From positions 19,365,820 through 19,429,819 of the forward strand of contig NC_092396.1 of NCBI RefSeq assembly GCF_030028105.1: a DNA stretch of 64,000 nt. The letters are read 5' to 3'. Shown here piece after piece: positions 33,455 to 46,455 of this stretch. The notes beneath the pieces were generated by a model. The model saw only the letters and a program-made list of their open reading frames with translations, was not told where the DNA came from and made no database searches. This DNA comes from Mobula birostris. Its lineage: Eukaryota. Within the stretch, counting starts at the first letter, position 1, and each line of letters opens with the position of its first letter. The position numbers and the translations under genes are program-made.

Positions 33455-36400
33455 ATGTATGATAAAGCATTTTGGTAAAAGGAACAATAGTGCAGACTAT
33501 TATCTAAATGGGGAGAAAATTCAAACATCAGAGGTGCAGAGGGACTTAGGAGTCCTTGTGCAAGACTCCCAGAAGGTTAATTCACAGGTTGAGTCTGTGG
33601 TAGAGAAGGCAAAAGCAATGCTGGCGTTTATTTCAAAGGGAATAGAATTTAAAAGCAAAGAGATAATGCTGAGGTTTTGTAAGACACTAGTCAGGCTGCA
33701 CTTGGAGTATTGTCAACAGTTTGGGGCCCCGTATCTCAGAAAGGATGTGCTGTCATTGGAGAGAGTCCAGAGAAGGTTCATGAGGATGATTCGGGGAATG
33801 AAGGGGTTAACACGTGAGGAGCATTTGGCAGCTTTAGGAATTTAGAAGAATGCAGGGGGGGGATCTCATTGAAACCTACTGAATTTTGAAAGGACTAGAT
33901 AAGGTGGATGCGGAGAGAATGTTTCCTATGGTGGGAGTATCCAGAACCAGAGGAAACGGCCTCAAAATTGAAGGGTGGCGTTTTAGAATGGGGGTGAAGA
34001 GGAATTTTTTTTTTAGCCAGAGTAGTGAATCTGTGGAATGCTGTGCTGCAGACTGCGGTGGAGGCCAAGTCCGTGGGTATATTTAAAGCTGAAGTTAATA
34101 GTTTCCTGATTGGTCAGGGCATCAAGGGATATGGTGAGAAGGCAGGTTTTAATTCTCGGCCCAAAACGTCGACTGTACCTCTTCCTAGAGATGCTGCCTG
34201 GCCTGCTGCGTTCACCAGCAACTTTGATGTGTGTTGCTTGAATTTCCAGCATCTGCAGAATTCCTCGTGTTCATGAACAAAGCAAATGAGTTTAATGCAA
34301 GAAGCATCATGAATGAAGCAGATAAGCTGAGAGCATGGATCAGTACTTAGAGATATGATGCTGTGGCCATTATAGAGACTTGGGTGGTGCAGGGGCAGGA
34401 ATGGTTACTCAGAGTGCCAGACTTTAGATGTTTCAGAAAGGACAGGGAGGGAGGCAAAAGAGGTGGGGGCATGGCACTGCTGATCAGAGATAGTGTCATG
34501 GCTGCAGAAAAGGAGGAACTTATGGAGGGATTGTCTACTGAGTCTCTATGGGTGGAAGTTAGGAACAGGAAGTGGTTAACAACTCTACTGGGTGTTTTTT
34601 ATAGACCATCCAATAGTAACAGGGACATCAAGGAACAGATAGGGAGACAGATTCTGGAAGGGTGTAATGATAACAGGGTTGTCGTGCTGGGAGATTTTAA
34701 TTTCCCGAATATTGATTGGCATGTTCCTAGACCAAGGGGTTTAGATAGGGTGGAGTTTATTAGGTGTGTTCAGGAAGGTTTCTTGACACAATATATAGAT
34801 AAGCCTACAAGAGGAGAGGCTGTACTTGACCTGGTATTGGGAAGTGAACCTGGTCAGGTGTCAGGTCTCTTCTCAGTGGGAGAGCATTTTAGAGATAGTG
34901 ATCACAACTCTATCTCCTTTGCCATAGCACTGGAGAGGGTTAGGAACAGACAAGTTAGGAAAGCATTTAATTGAAGTAAGGGGAAATATGAAGCCATCAG
35001 GCAGGAAATTGGAAATATAAATTGGGAACAGATGTTCTCAGGGAAATGTAAGGCAGAAATGTGGCAAATATTCAGGGGATATTTGAGTGGCGTTCTGCAT
35101 AGGTACGTTCCAACAAAACAGGGAAAGGATGGTAGGTATAGGAACCGTGGTGTACAAAGGCTGTTGAAAATCTAGTCAAGAAAAAAAGAAAAGCTTACAA
35201 AAGGTTCAAAAAACTAGGTAATGATAGAGATCTAGAAGATTATAAGGTTAGCAGGAAGGAGCTTAAGAATTAAATTAGGAGAGCCAGAAGGGGCCATGAG
35301 AAGGCCTTAGTGAACAGGATTAAGGAAAACCCCGAGGCATTCTACAAGTATATGAAGAGCAAGAGGATAAGACGTAAGAGTATAGGACCAATCGTGTGAC
35401 AGTGGAAAAGTGTGTATGGAACTGGAGGAAATAGCAGAGGTGCTTACTGAATACTTTGCTTCAGTGTTCACTACAGAAAAAGATCTTAGCGATTGTAGGG
35501 ATGACTTACAGAGGACTGAAAAGCTTGAGCATATAGACATTAAGAAAGAGAATGTGCTGGACCTTTTGGAAAGCATCAAGTTGAATAAGTCTCCAGGACC
35601 GGATGAGATGTATCCCAGGCTACTGTGGGAGGCGAGAGAGGAGATTGTTGAGCCTCTGGCATTGATCTTTGCATCATCAATGAGGATGGGAGAGGTTCCG
35701 GAGGGTTGGAGGGTTGCCGATGTTGTTCCCTTATTCAAGAAAGGGAGTAGAGATAGCCCAGGAAATTATAGACCAGTGAGTCTTACTTCAGTGGTTGGTT
35801 AGTTGATGGAAAAGATCCTGAGAGGCAGGATTTATGAACATTTGGAGAGGCATAATATGATTAGAACATAGAACATAGAACAGTACAGCACAGTACAGGC
35901 CCTTTGGCCCACAATGTTGTGCCGACCCTTAAACCGTGCCTCCCATATAACCCCCCACCTTAAATTCCTCCATATACCTGTCCAGTAGTCTCTTAATTAG
36001 GATTAGTCAGCGTGGCTTTGTCAAAGGCAGGTTGTGCCTTACGAGCCTGATTGAATTTTTTGAGGACATGACTGAACACATTGATGAAGTTAGAGCTGTA
36101 GATGTAGTGTATATGGATTTCAACAAGGTATTTGATAAAGTACCCCATGCAAGGCTTATTGAGAAAGTAAGGAGGCATGGGATCCAAGGGGACCTTGCTT
36201 TGTGTATCCAGAATTGGCTTGCCCACAGAAGGCAAAGTGTGGTTGTAGACGGGTCATATTCTGCATGGAGGTCGGTGACCAATGGTGTGCCTCAGGGATC
36301 TGTTCTGGGACCCCTACTTCTATAAATGACCTGGATGAGGAAGGGGAGGTAAATTTGCTGATGACACAAAGGTTGGGGGTGTTGTGGATAGTGAGGAGGG

Positions 36401-37368
36401 CTGTCAAGAGGTTACAGTGGGACATTGATAGGATGCAAAACTGGGCTGAGAAGTGGGAGATGGAGTTCAACCCAGATAAGTGTGAGGTGCTTCATTTTGG
36501 TAGGTCAAATATGATGGCAGAATATAGTATTAATGGTAAGACTCTTGACAGTGTGGAGCATCAGAGGGATCTTGGGGTCCGAGTCCATAGGACACTCAAA
36601 GCTGCTGCGGAGGTTGGCTCCATGGTTAAGATGGCATATGGAGCATTGGCCCTCATCAATTGTGGGATTGAGTTTAGGAGCCGAGAGGTAATATTGCAGC
36701 TATATATGACCCTGGTCAGACCCCACTTAGAGTACTGTGCTCATTTCTGGTCACCTCACTACAGGAAGGATGTGGAAACTATAGAAAGGGTGCAAAGGAG
36801 ATTTACAAGGACGTTGCCTGGATTGGGGAGCACACCTTATGAGAATAGGTTGAGTGAATCCGGCCTTTTCTCCTTGAAGCATCGGAGGATGAGGGGTGAC
36901 CTGATAGAGGTGTATAAGATGATGAGAGGCATTGATTGTGTGGATAGTCAGAGGCTTTTTCCCAAGGCTAAAATGGCTAACATGAGAGGGCACAGTTTTA
37001 AAGTGCTTGGAAGTAGGTACAGAGATGTCGGGGGTAAGTTTTTTATGCAGAGGGTTGTGAATGCGTGGAATAGGCTGCCGGCAACAGTGGTGGAGGCAGA
37101 TACGATAGGGTTTTTTAAGAGACTCCTGGATAGGTACATGGAGCTTAGAAAAATAGAGGGCTATGGGTAACCCTAGGTAATTTCTAAAGAAAGTGCATGT
37201 TTGGCACAGCATTGTGGGCCGAAGGGCCTGTTTTGTGCTGTAGGTTTTCTATGTTTCGATGATTCTATGTCTCTGGGATTGAGTGGGATCTGGGATCAGG
37301 CATGATGAAATGGCGGAGCAGACTCGATGGGCTGAATGGCCTAATTCAGCTCTTGTGTCTTATGGTCT
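33455..37368 (+). mobile_element. Nested CR1 LINEs between the two genes: 3' fragment (33455-34147 plus 37275-37368) interrupted by a Penelope fragment and a second CR1 ORF2 (about 34275-37260)
   Basis: Endonuclease (ETW, GGG, YRP, GDFN, LDLV, SDH), RT (PGPD, NYRPVSLT, YMDFNKVFD, GVPQGSVLGP, VRPHLEYC); multiple stops and frameshifts. Confidence 0.88.
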
Positions 37369-38035
37369 CCTCAAGGTTCTATGATTTCTGTTCATGCACT
37401 ATGTTTGTCCTGTACCTGCCATCTTTTACTATTTTTTGCTTCCATTCCCGGTTCCTCAGTGTGTCCATCACATGCCTATGAGTTATCATCAAGAAGTCCT
37501 CAGACCTAACTCACTAACTCTCTGAGGTGATTGGAGTCAATGTAAGATAGCCTATTTTTTGACAAAGTTAAGGTAGCATTTCAATGGCAAGAAGCTGGTC
37601 TTCAAGCTTTGCTTTGCTTTCACTCATTTGCTCCTGATTCACAGGTCCACGTTAATGGGTCTACATGTCTGGTGCTTGTCCAAGGATACATTTATGCTTA
37701 CTGAAGGGTTGATTTTTAACCTGTTTATCAAACATATATTTGCCTGACTCATTGAGGGAAACTTTCAAATCTCACTTTAGGAAAATGATAAGATGGACAA
37801 GTAGATAAAATGGATTTGGTGATTAGGTTGAGGGATTAAATGTTAAGGTGATAGTTGGGATCTGCGGGTTTAATCTTTGCCAAAGGGACCATTTTGACTG
37901 TTTGCTCCTATATTTGTATCAAGCACAAGACTTTGAAACTAGGTTCATACAAAACACTGACCTTGAATTACTTTTAACCAGAAATATCATCCCATGGCTA
38001 GCTCACTTTCAAATGTCATTCAGCATGTGTAAGAA

Positions 38036-38043
38036 ATGCAAAT
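38036..38043 (+). promoter_or_regulatory. Perfect octamer ATGCAAAT (POU-factor site) upstream of gene B
   Basis: Exact motif 108-135 bp upstream of the candidate ATGs, in sequence I do not recognise as repeat. Confidence 0.6.
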
Positions 38044-38150
38044 ATCCTCAAATAAGCTAACCTAGTTATTTGATTACAAAGAAAACAGATTAAAATGTTC
38101 ACAAATAAATCAGTAGAGTTTTTAGTTGCACAACAGTAAAAATCCTGTTA

Positions 38151-38374
38151 ATGCAGAGACAATTATTGTGGATTGAAATGATGAGCTACATTGTGCAATT
38201 GGTTTTCTATTTATCGCTGGGCATGGCTTCTGTAACTGAAGCAACAGGACTTCGGGGAATCAATGCACAGTACATGCAGCCCGGAGACTACATCATTGGA
38301 GCTCTGTTCCCTTTCCATGAGTTCGGTACTGGTCTAGCTCATCGATTGAAGCCTGAGAGGGTGACTTGTGACAG
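38151..38374 (+). CDS. TAS1R3-like: Gene B exon 1 (alternative ATG at 38178/38181)
   Basis: Hydrophobic signal peptide, PGDYIIGALFPFH, VTCD; phase-2 donor AG|GTAAGG. Confidence 0.88.
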
Positions 38375-38929
38375 GTAAGGGATTGGAACCTTTAAATTCT
38401 CTGAAGATGCTGATACCCGCTGAGGTGAAGGTCCGTATGTACTCTGAAGGTGCTTTCCAGGAACAGTCCTCCTCACTGTTCTAACCATGCCCAAAGCTAT
38501 TGTTTCCCTGGTCTTGCTGACACTCAAAGTGGCTAGACATGTGTGATTTCTTTTCCTTTCAAACACTCCTCCTATTCCCTTTCCAAATCCAATTTGAATC
38601 TACCTCCACTACTGCCCCCGTGGCTTTGCATTCTGGTCCCTAACCACTCACTACATTAAAAATGGGCTTCTTTTTATATCAGATTTGGTTTCTTTAACAA
38701 CCCCATTTGTTCTCTGATTGGTATCATGGTGTAATGGTTATGTTTCTGGACTAGCAGCCAGAGGTCTGGACCTTTCATCCAGAAGAATTGATCCCAACAT
38801 GGCACCCAAGACATTTAAATTAAAATTATTTAATAAATCTGGAATTTCTTAAAAGCCAATCTTGGTTACAGTAACCATGAAAGTAACGGATTCTCCTATA
38901 AACCAATTAGGTTTACTAATGCAACACTG

Positions 38930-39400
38930 ACAAAATGCTGGAGGACCTCTGCAAGTCAGGCAGCATCTATGGAGGGGAATTAACAATCAACAGTTTGGGC
39001 CAAGACCCTTCATTGGGACTGGAAAGGAAGGGGGCAGAATAAAAGGTGGAGGGAGAGGAACGATTACGAGCTGGCAGATAATAGGTGAGATCAGATGAGG
39101 GGGAAGGTGGGTGAGTGGGGGACAAAGTAAGAAGCTGGGAAGTGATAGGTGGAAGAGGGAAAGGGTTGAAGAAGGTGGCAGCTAATAGGAGGGGAGAATG
39201 GATCGTGAAAGAAGGATTGGAGATCAGGAGGCAGAGGGAGGTGATGGGCAGGTGAGGAGAAGAGGAGGGCTGAGATGGGGAAACCAGAAAGGGGAGTGGA
39301 AAGAAAGAGAGAAAAGTTTTTAAAAAATCAATGTTCATGCTATCAGCTTGGAGGATACACAAATGAAATATGGAGTGTCGCACCTCCAACTTGAGTATGG
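38930..39400 (-). mobile_element. Penelope-like 3' fragment in gene B intron 1
   Basis: HSIFHLCILQADSMNIDF remnant plus terminal repeat. Confidence 0.7.
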
Positions 39401-39916
39401 CATTTACTCATACCTGTCCTTACCTGGCCTGGCCTACATGTGGCTCCAGACCTATCAATGAGGTTGACGCCTAGCGACTTGCTCAATTCAGGGATGGATA
39501 AGGATGTGGGATAAATACTGGCATTGGCTGCGATGTCCACATCCCGTGAATAAATAAAAGTCGTCTAGTCCTTGATCTTCCTGTCACGACCTGCAGATGA
39601 AATGCAGAACGCCATCAAATATTCAGAAGCAGCAAGTCAACAAAACCCAACAATTTTAATCAATAATCACTATTAGTTGCCCCATCAATGTCCCTGTGGA
39701 GACCCATGAAGCATAACTGTTGAGTGAGGTCACCTCACTCAACAGGAGAGCTGGCTCAGGAGCTACTCCTTCCACCTGGCCAAGTGGCTACCATGCTGTG
39801 TGAATCATAATTCTAATGGATCCTTTCAATTCTGTTTTGCTTCCCCCTCCTTCCCACTGCCAAGGTTTTCGGGGCTGTTACCCACATAGCACTAATCTTT
39901 GTTTTCTCTGTTTAAG

Positions 39917-40217
39917 CTTTTACCCACATGGTTACGGAATGTTTCTGGCAATGACATTTGCGATCGACGAAATAAATAACTCCACCTCACTTTTGCCGGG
40001 AATACGCCTGGGTTATGAAGTCCACGACGATTGTTTTGAGACTTTGGCCTCCATCCTGCCGAGCCTCCTCTTCTTGTCTAACAGCAAGGGGAATGGGGTT
40101 GACGTGCTCTGCAACTACTCAGAGTACAGGAGCCAGGTGGTTGCCCTGCTGGGACCATGGACATCGGAACAGGCAATTACCATAGCCAAATTGTTCGGGT
40201 TGTTTTTGTTTCCACAG
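39917..40217 (+). CDS. TAS1R3-like: Gene B exon 2
   Basis: Acceptor tctctgtttaag|C; FYPHGYGMFLAMTFAIDEINNSTSLLPGIRLGY...LFPQ; donor CAG|GTAAGT; 301 nt. Confidence 0.92.
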
Positions 40218-41380
40218 GTAAGTCCTTCGTGGTTTTCTATTTGCCACAGTTGGAGCCAAAACAAGCAGCGGTGAACTGGCACTCAATTTTATATTCTGCT
40301 GGAATCTGTGGAAAAGGAAGCAGGCCCTGTCTAAAATCTGCTGCCGAACTATGATCACAGGTCTTGCACTGTCACCAAGCTGAATTTCTATCACTCAGTT
40401 CCTCGCTAATGAGCTCGGTCCCAGGAATTTGCGTCAATTTCTGTTCAGGCAATTGATTTCAACCGGCAGTCAAGCTTCAGTTAGCTTCAGCTTACAAGAA
40501 TGATCACATGATCCCCACCCACACACGCAGGGTGGAGGGCAGGGAAGTCAGCCGGGTTTTCAACCCCCGATCTCTGCCAAATGCCCTGTCCTGACTGAAA
40601 GCCGGTATGATCTAATGACAGGGAAATTGGCAGCAACATCTTTGGCTTCAGTCAATAAAAGTTCTGAATGGAAGTGTGGACTCTCAGGGCATACACAGGA
40701 TCTATGATAACAGTGGTCGCCAGGAAGTCTTCAGTTTTCCCCAAGGATCCAGGGACAGACACATTGTGCAAGGTTTGCTCAGTGCCCACACAATGACATT
40801 TGAACAGAGAGCAGAGGTAGTCAAGAGGAAAAGGGTTTGCCCCTCATGCCTCAGTTCCATTATGAATAAATCTCAGAAATCACAGAGCAAAATCACAAAC
40901 TTAAATTTAACCATTCTAGTTTCCTTATATTCTGAGGAACTAAATGTTCCTTGGGAACAAGGGCTAGGAAGTCGCTCCCTAGTACCTCATACCAAGCTTC
41001 ACAGATGCATGAATTACTGGAGAAAGTATGCAGCCACATTGGTTTAGGCGTCAGCAGTCTGTAGAGAACCGTACAAGTAGATAGTCAAGTATCAGACCAA
41101 TTAGTCACTAAACTATGCTTTGTTCTTCCACGTTGAAAGTTCAGATATTGGGCCAAGCCTGAAAGTACAAAGTAAACAAAAAAACAAAATTAAAACTGAG
41201 GAAGTTGTAAATTCTCCAGATTACAAACGGAGGCCAATAAGGAATGATACAACAATCTTGACTTCGAAAGCAGAGACAGGACAACTGTGCAAAATGGTGT
41301 ATTTATTGGAAACGGGAGATTGGCATTTGGGTAAGATTTAATGTGTGAAGATACAATTATGGATTCTCTTCCTTTCTTAG

Positions 41381-42177
41381 ATTAGTTATGGAGCCTCCAG
41401 TGCCAAACTAAGCAACAAGAAGATCTTTCCGTCATTCCTGAGGGTAATGCCAAGTGACAATAACCAAGCAATAGCCATTGTTTCTATTATCAAGAAGTTC
41501 AAATGGAACTGGATTGCTGGCATTGGGAGTGATGATGAATATGGGCGACAGGGGATAGAACTGGTCCAGAGGTATGCTTCACTCCAAGGTATCTGTGTAG
41601 GTTACATTGAGATAATCCCCATCCATCTCAGCCTGCCCAGTACCAAGCAAAAAATCTCAGAGATCGTCAACCATATCAGCCAAGTGAACGTTAACATTAT
41701 CATCCTCTTCTCCAGTGAAGGACCTGTTCAGGAACTGCTGAAAGAGGTGATTCAGAGAAATATCACCAGGAAGGTCTGGATTGCAAGTGAAGCTTGGGTT
41801 AAATCGGATATTGTTATTCACATACCAGGTATTGAGCGCATTGGCACAGTGATTGGTACAGTGGCAGCATGCCAGGTTTTGAGGATTACATTCTAAACCA
41901 TCTCACCAACATCAGGAATTCAAAGGGACAGCGATGTGATGCAGAGTACTGTGGTAACCATACCTTTCCTTTTTGGCCGTACCCTACCTCACAGCAGCTC
42001 CTCAGCGGCGTTCAACACCTGTCACCTGAAAACCTGTCCGTTGTGTTGGACCAGCCGGTAAGACGGGACACATTCAGTGTGTACATGGCTGTGTATAGTA
42101 TTGCACACGCACTACATACCCTACTAAAGTGCCACACTGGGAGATGTGAAACCGCAGCAGCATGGTACAACTGGCAG
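41381..42177 (+). CDS. TAS1R3-like: Gene B exon 3 (frameshifted)
   Basis: Acceptor cctttcttag|ATT. ISYGASSAKLSNKKIFPSFLRVMPSD...IGTVIG reads in one frame and MPGFEDY...VYMAVYSIAHALHTLLKC...NWQ in another. Donor CAG|GTATGA. Confidence 0.9.
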
Positions 42178-42318
42178 GTATGAAAAAGTTTCAATGTTTA
42201 TGCCCAGAGTCAAAAGTTGCATGCAGAGCTAATTTATGTTTCTGGATTGTGCACCATCTGACCATAAGCTCCAACTACTAGATTCCTGTGACCAGGTCTA
42301 TGATCTTAGGAGTTATTA

Positions 42319-42605
42319 AGGGGCGGCATGGTAGTGCACTAGTTAGCACAACGCTTTGTGTTACATGCGACCCGGGTTCAATTCCCGCTGCTGCCTGCCA
42401 GGAGTTTGTACATTCTCCCCGTGACCACGTGGGTTTGCTCCGGTGCTCTGGCTAAATCCTACAGACCAAAGACGTACCATTAATTGGTCATTGTAAATTG
42501 TCCTATGATTAGATTGGGATTAAACTGGGGGGGGGGGGTTGCTGGGCAGCATGGCTCAAAGGGGCAGAAGGGTCGATTCCACACTGTATCTCAATAAATA
42601 AAAAA
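42319..42605 (+). mobile_element. V-SINE (HE1-like)
   Basis: A box, B box GGTTCAATTCC, V-domain, aataaataaaaaa tail. Confidence 0.75.
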
Positions 42606-42840
42606 TCAGTGGTGATCATCCCTTTGATCTTCTTCTGTGGTGGAAATAATTAATCTCTGGCACCAGACTGCCATGTCCCTCTTGAGCTCTAGATAAGTGA
42701 CAAACGTTGTCTGATTCTGTGCACTGAACTTAGTCCTGGGCTCAGTGGAAAAGAGTTGAAGATGTCCATGATGCATGAGAGCTCGTAGGGAGAGATGGCT
42801 GACTCCATCAGAGCAGGACAGCTGGTGAGGTGGACACTTA

Positions 42841-43160
42841 AGCCTGATTTATACTTCTGAGTCAACGTGTCGCCGCAAACCCTACGCAAAGCTGACGTGG
42901 AACCCTACGCGAGAGCCTGCGTTGCTGCAAAGCGCACCTCTCCCAAAATGTAACCGCGCATCACAGCAACGCAGAACGCAACTGCTGTGATTGGTCCGCT
43001 TGGTAGCATCGCCTTCCCTCCTACGCTGCAATAGCTTCCCATTGAGCAACTGAAGGGCAGGGAAGGAACTCTGGCTGCAATGCTTTCCATAAAGCTTTAC
43101 AGACCTCCGAGATTATGGAGGACACATTTTGCTTTTATGAAAAAAGACGCTTGCGTCCCG
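42841..43160. mobile_element. Probable one-ended PIF/Harbinger-like MITE fragment
   Basis: TTA|AGCCTGATTTATACTTCTG terminus and CpG-rich body; second TIR not found. Confidence 0.35.
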
Positions 43161-44321
43161 CTCCAAGTTTAAGAATCATAAATCTCACAGCTCACTTATT
43201 TGTCACTGATGCTGGGATCCACAGGAATACAGTAAAGAGAAGTTTACGGACTACCAGTAAAACATTTGCTAGAAGAATACTTCCAGAATGCCCCCGAATG
43301 AAAAGGTCAAAACTACCTCTGCCACGTATAGATGCTCAAAGGGAGGATGCTTTCTGTTGAGAATGTGAAAAATAACCACCAAATGCATTTATTTTCCCGA
43401 GAATTAATGAGCTGCTGCTTGTCTTCAATAGATCTGGCAGGAAAGAGAAATGCAGGAGCATTGTCAAAAGACTTAATGAGAAAGGTCAAAGAGTGAAAAC
43501 ACAGCTGGGTGCCCATTTCTACTTAAATCTCACTTTAAGCTCTGTCACGTTCACGAGGTGGGAATTAGGCCCTAAGTACCTTTCAATCTCTTCCTGCTGC
43601 TCTTAAACTACTTAATGTCCTGAGGCACATTCCTTGCTGTGCTAAAACTGGAATTTTCCAGCCGTACCAGTGAATCTCCGGAACTCCCAATATGGCAGGC
43701 AGGAAATGCGTGCAGAATTCTGGCTTGAAGTGATACTCCTATCGCCTAATCTGTGGGCAGCACAAGCAAAGCAGCTGCCCACAGATAACATGATAAGAGG
43801 TGCCTTGCGTCACTGAAGTGTGCCTTCTTACAATGATTGGATTAATACTGTATGTTGTTGGATCCTGGTGATTTTGTGATCCAGGCGTTCTTCAGAAGTC
43901 AAGAATGAGGCATAACACATGGTGGTTATGGGCGTTTATTACATGTAATAAGAACAAAGAACAGAACAAAGAAAAAATACAAAGAAAAAAGGAGTCTAGG
44001 TGGCCTTATTCTAAAACCTAACTCAAACTATAAAGATAACAAAACATTTCATAATAGCAAATCACCTATTAAAGAAGCAGATTTCAAGTGATGTGACACT
44101 TGCTGCAGAGAAACTGAGCAGCTTTTAGAAAAATACAATATCAGCTATACTACTATCAATGAAAAGTTCACTGAAAAATTTAACATATGTGAGTTCTATA
44201 TAAAAATACAAGAAAGCATAGGAAAGGTTAAACTTTGAGAGAAATAACGGTTTTATGCTCTAATCCAACAAGGCCAACAATCCTTAACGTCATCTAACCT
44301 TGACTGAATTTCCTTTGACAG

Positions 44322-44525
44322 CTGCTGGAAGTGTTAAAACAAGTTAACTTCACGGTCAACGGAGTTGTCATTTCTTTCGATGCTGAAGGAAACTCGCAGC
44401 AAGGTTACGACATCATTACCTGGACGCAGCGTGCAGGACAACTCCAGCTATCAGTGATTGGCGGCTACAAAGATCACTTGACAATCGATGCTTCTCCAAT
44501 TCAGTGGAAGACAGACAATAATGAG
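44322..44525 (+). CDS. TAS1R3-like: Gene B exon 4
   Basis: Acceptor tcctttgacag|CTG; LLEVLKQVNF...FDAEGNSQQGYDIITW...IQWKTDNNE; donor GAG|GTGAAT; 204 nt. Confidence 0.92.
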
Positions 44526-44907
44526 GTGAATTATGATGACATTTATACTAAATGATATCCATTCACCCTTCTGTATAGTCCCACGGCAGCCTGGGCCCTA
44601 TGCTTTGAAATTACTTCCTTAAATCTCTCCTTTTTATCTTAAAGACCCTCCTTAATACAAAGTTATTAGTCATCTGTACTAACGACTCTTTTTAGGTTCA
44701 GTGTTAATTTTTTGTTTAATTATGTTGCTGCAAATACACTAGAATGTTTTACTGTTGTTATTAAATTATTACATAAATGCAAGCAATTATCCGTCATACA
44801 CTGGTCATTACTCTTGATCCCCAATTTTTGTTCCCCTAAGTGCACCATGTGATTCACCAGTCACTGCCTGATCTGGCTGAGTGACAATTGAAGCCTGCTC
44901 TCCTAAT

Positions 44908-45105
44908 CAAGAGAAAATCTGCAGATGCTGGAAATCCGAGTAACACACACAAAATGCTGGAGGAACTCAGCAGGCCAGGCAGCATCGATGGAAAGGAGTA
45001 CAGTCGATGTTTCGCAAGGGTCTCAGCCCGAAACGTCGACTGTACTCTTTTCCATCGATGCTGTCTGGCCTCCTGAGTTCCTCCAGCATTCCGTGTGTGT
45101 TGCTC
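44908..45105. mobile_element. Inverted (palindromic) pair of Penelope-like terminal repeats
   Basis: acacacacaaaatgctggaggaactcag...ctgagttcctccagcattccgtgtgtgt. Confidence 0.75.
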
Positions 45106-46455
45106 CTCTTCTTCCCAGCCAATTCTTCCCACTACATTGGACCTTTATCCATCTTGCTTGAATGTTTCTCCTCTGTCACTTCCACTCTCATCTCCAACAA
45201 CAGATATGAAGGATTCATGAAATTCTTTGCTATTAAGATTGGGACATTGAAATACTCCTTCTCCTCTTCCCCCCGGGCTTTGTCTTGTCCAAGCCCTGAA
45301 CACAATTTTTTTAAAAAATCGCCTCCATAACCTTCTTTGTCGATAGTCTAAAGGCACTTAAACATAGTCTAAGTCAGAGGATTGTGTGAGCGTGAAACAG
45401 GCTGCTGGCTCAAATTCAAGTGAAGTTTGGATAGGTACATGTATAGTAGGGGTATGGAGGACTATGGACCAGGTCAATGGAGGTAGTTTAAATGGCTCAG
45501 CATGGACTAGGTGGGCCAAAGGGCCTGTTTCTGTGCTGTATTTTCTAAGACTCTATTCCGCGAACCATTCTAAAATGCTTCTCCATTTAAAAAATGTTAC
45601 CTATTGGAAGTTATTGTTGCATTAGTTATATTTATTTTCCAAGTAACAGGCTGCTTTCTGGCTCCAGCAGGAGCTTGTTATCCGCAACATAATTATTACT
45701 CCGACAGCAGTGATCGGGGACATCATCTTATACTGACGCACAAGTGTTTATGATACCCACAGCCCATACCACAAATTATTTGTGTGATAACCCAGATCTT
45801 CGAGCCAGGAGTCAACAGCTTCTTGCTTCAAGTTTTATTTCGATTTCTTCAATTCTGAAATGTGAATGGTGAATTATTTTCAACTTGGAATTTAAACATT
45901 TGCATCAATTAAGACCCCAGTCAATAACTTATACTTGGGAATTTGTACACCACTAGAACAGCCCAGTTAGAATCTAAGTACAGATTTTACAGACTGGAAT
46001 TTTACCAAAGTGTTCAGGGTTTCCTATAGAATACAGACATATCAAAATGTAGATATTAATCAGGGTAGACTTCAGGGACCAACTGGCCTACTCTTGCTCC
46101 TATCACTTTATATCAAAGTGCTGATTACATGCAGATATCCAATCCAGAATTTTGGAAGGTTTCCACAGGGTTGTTTGACACTGGATTCAGATCCTGCATT
46201 CTAACTCCAGGATCTAAGACCCACTTCAGCTTCTGAGTTAATTTCAGCAATCCTTTTAACCATTGATTGGTTCTTGGACCCAAACTGTCCAATCAGTGAA
46301 GCAGGTTCATTACTGATGTCACTTGAACAGGTGACAGAGCCATTTGCTATTGGTCCTCAGTTCCCCGTCCACTGAGAACCACAGGAGCAATCTCTTGCTC
46401 ACTAGTGCCAGTGCAACACCGCAAGCAATTCACAGGTATGTCACTGCATTCACAG

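Noticed and set aside
41858-41868. Tiny intron or programmed frameshift rescuing gene B
   Set aside because: GTGGCAG is only 7 nt, far too short to splice, and removing it would not restore the frame. There is no slippery heptamer.
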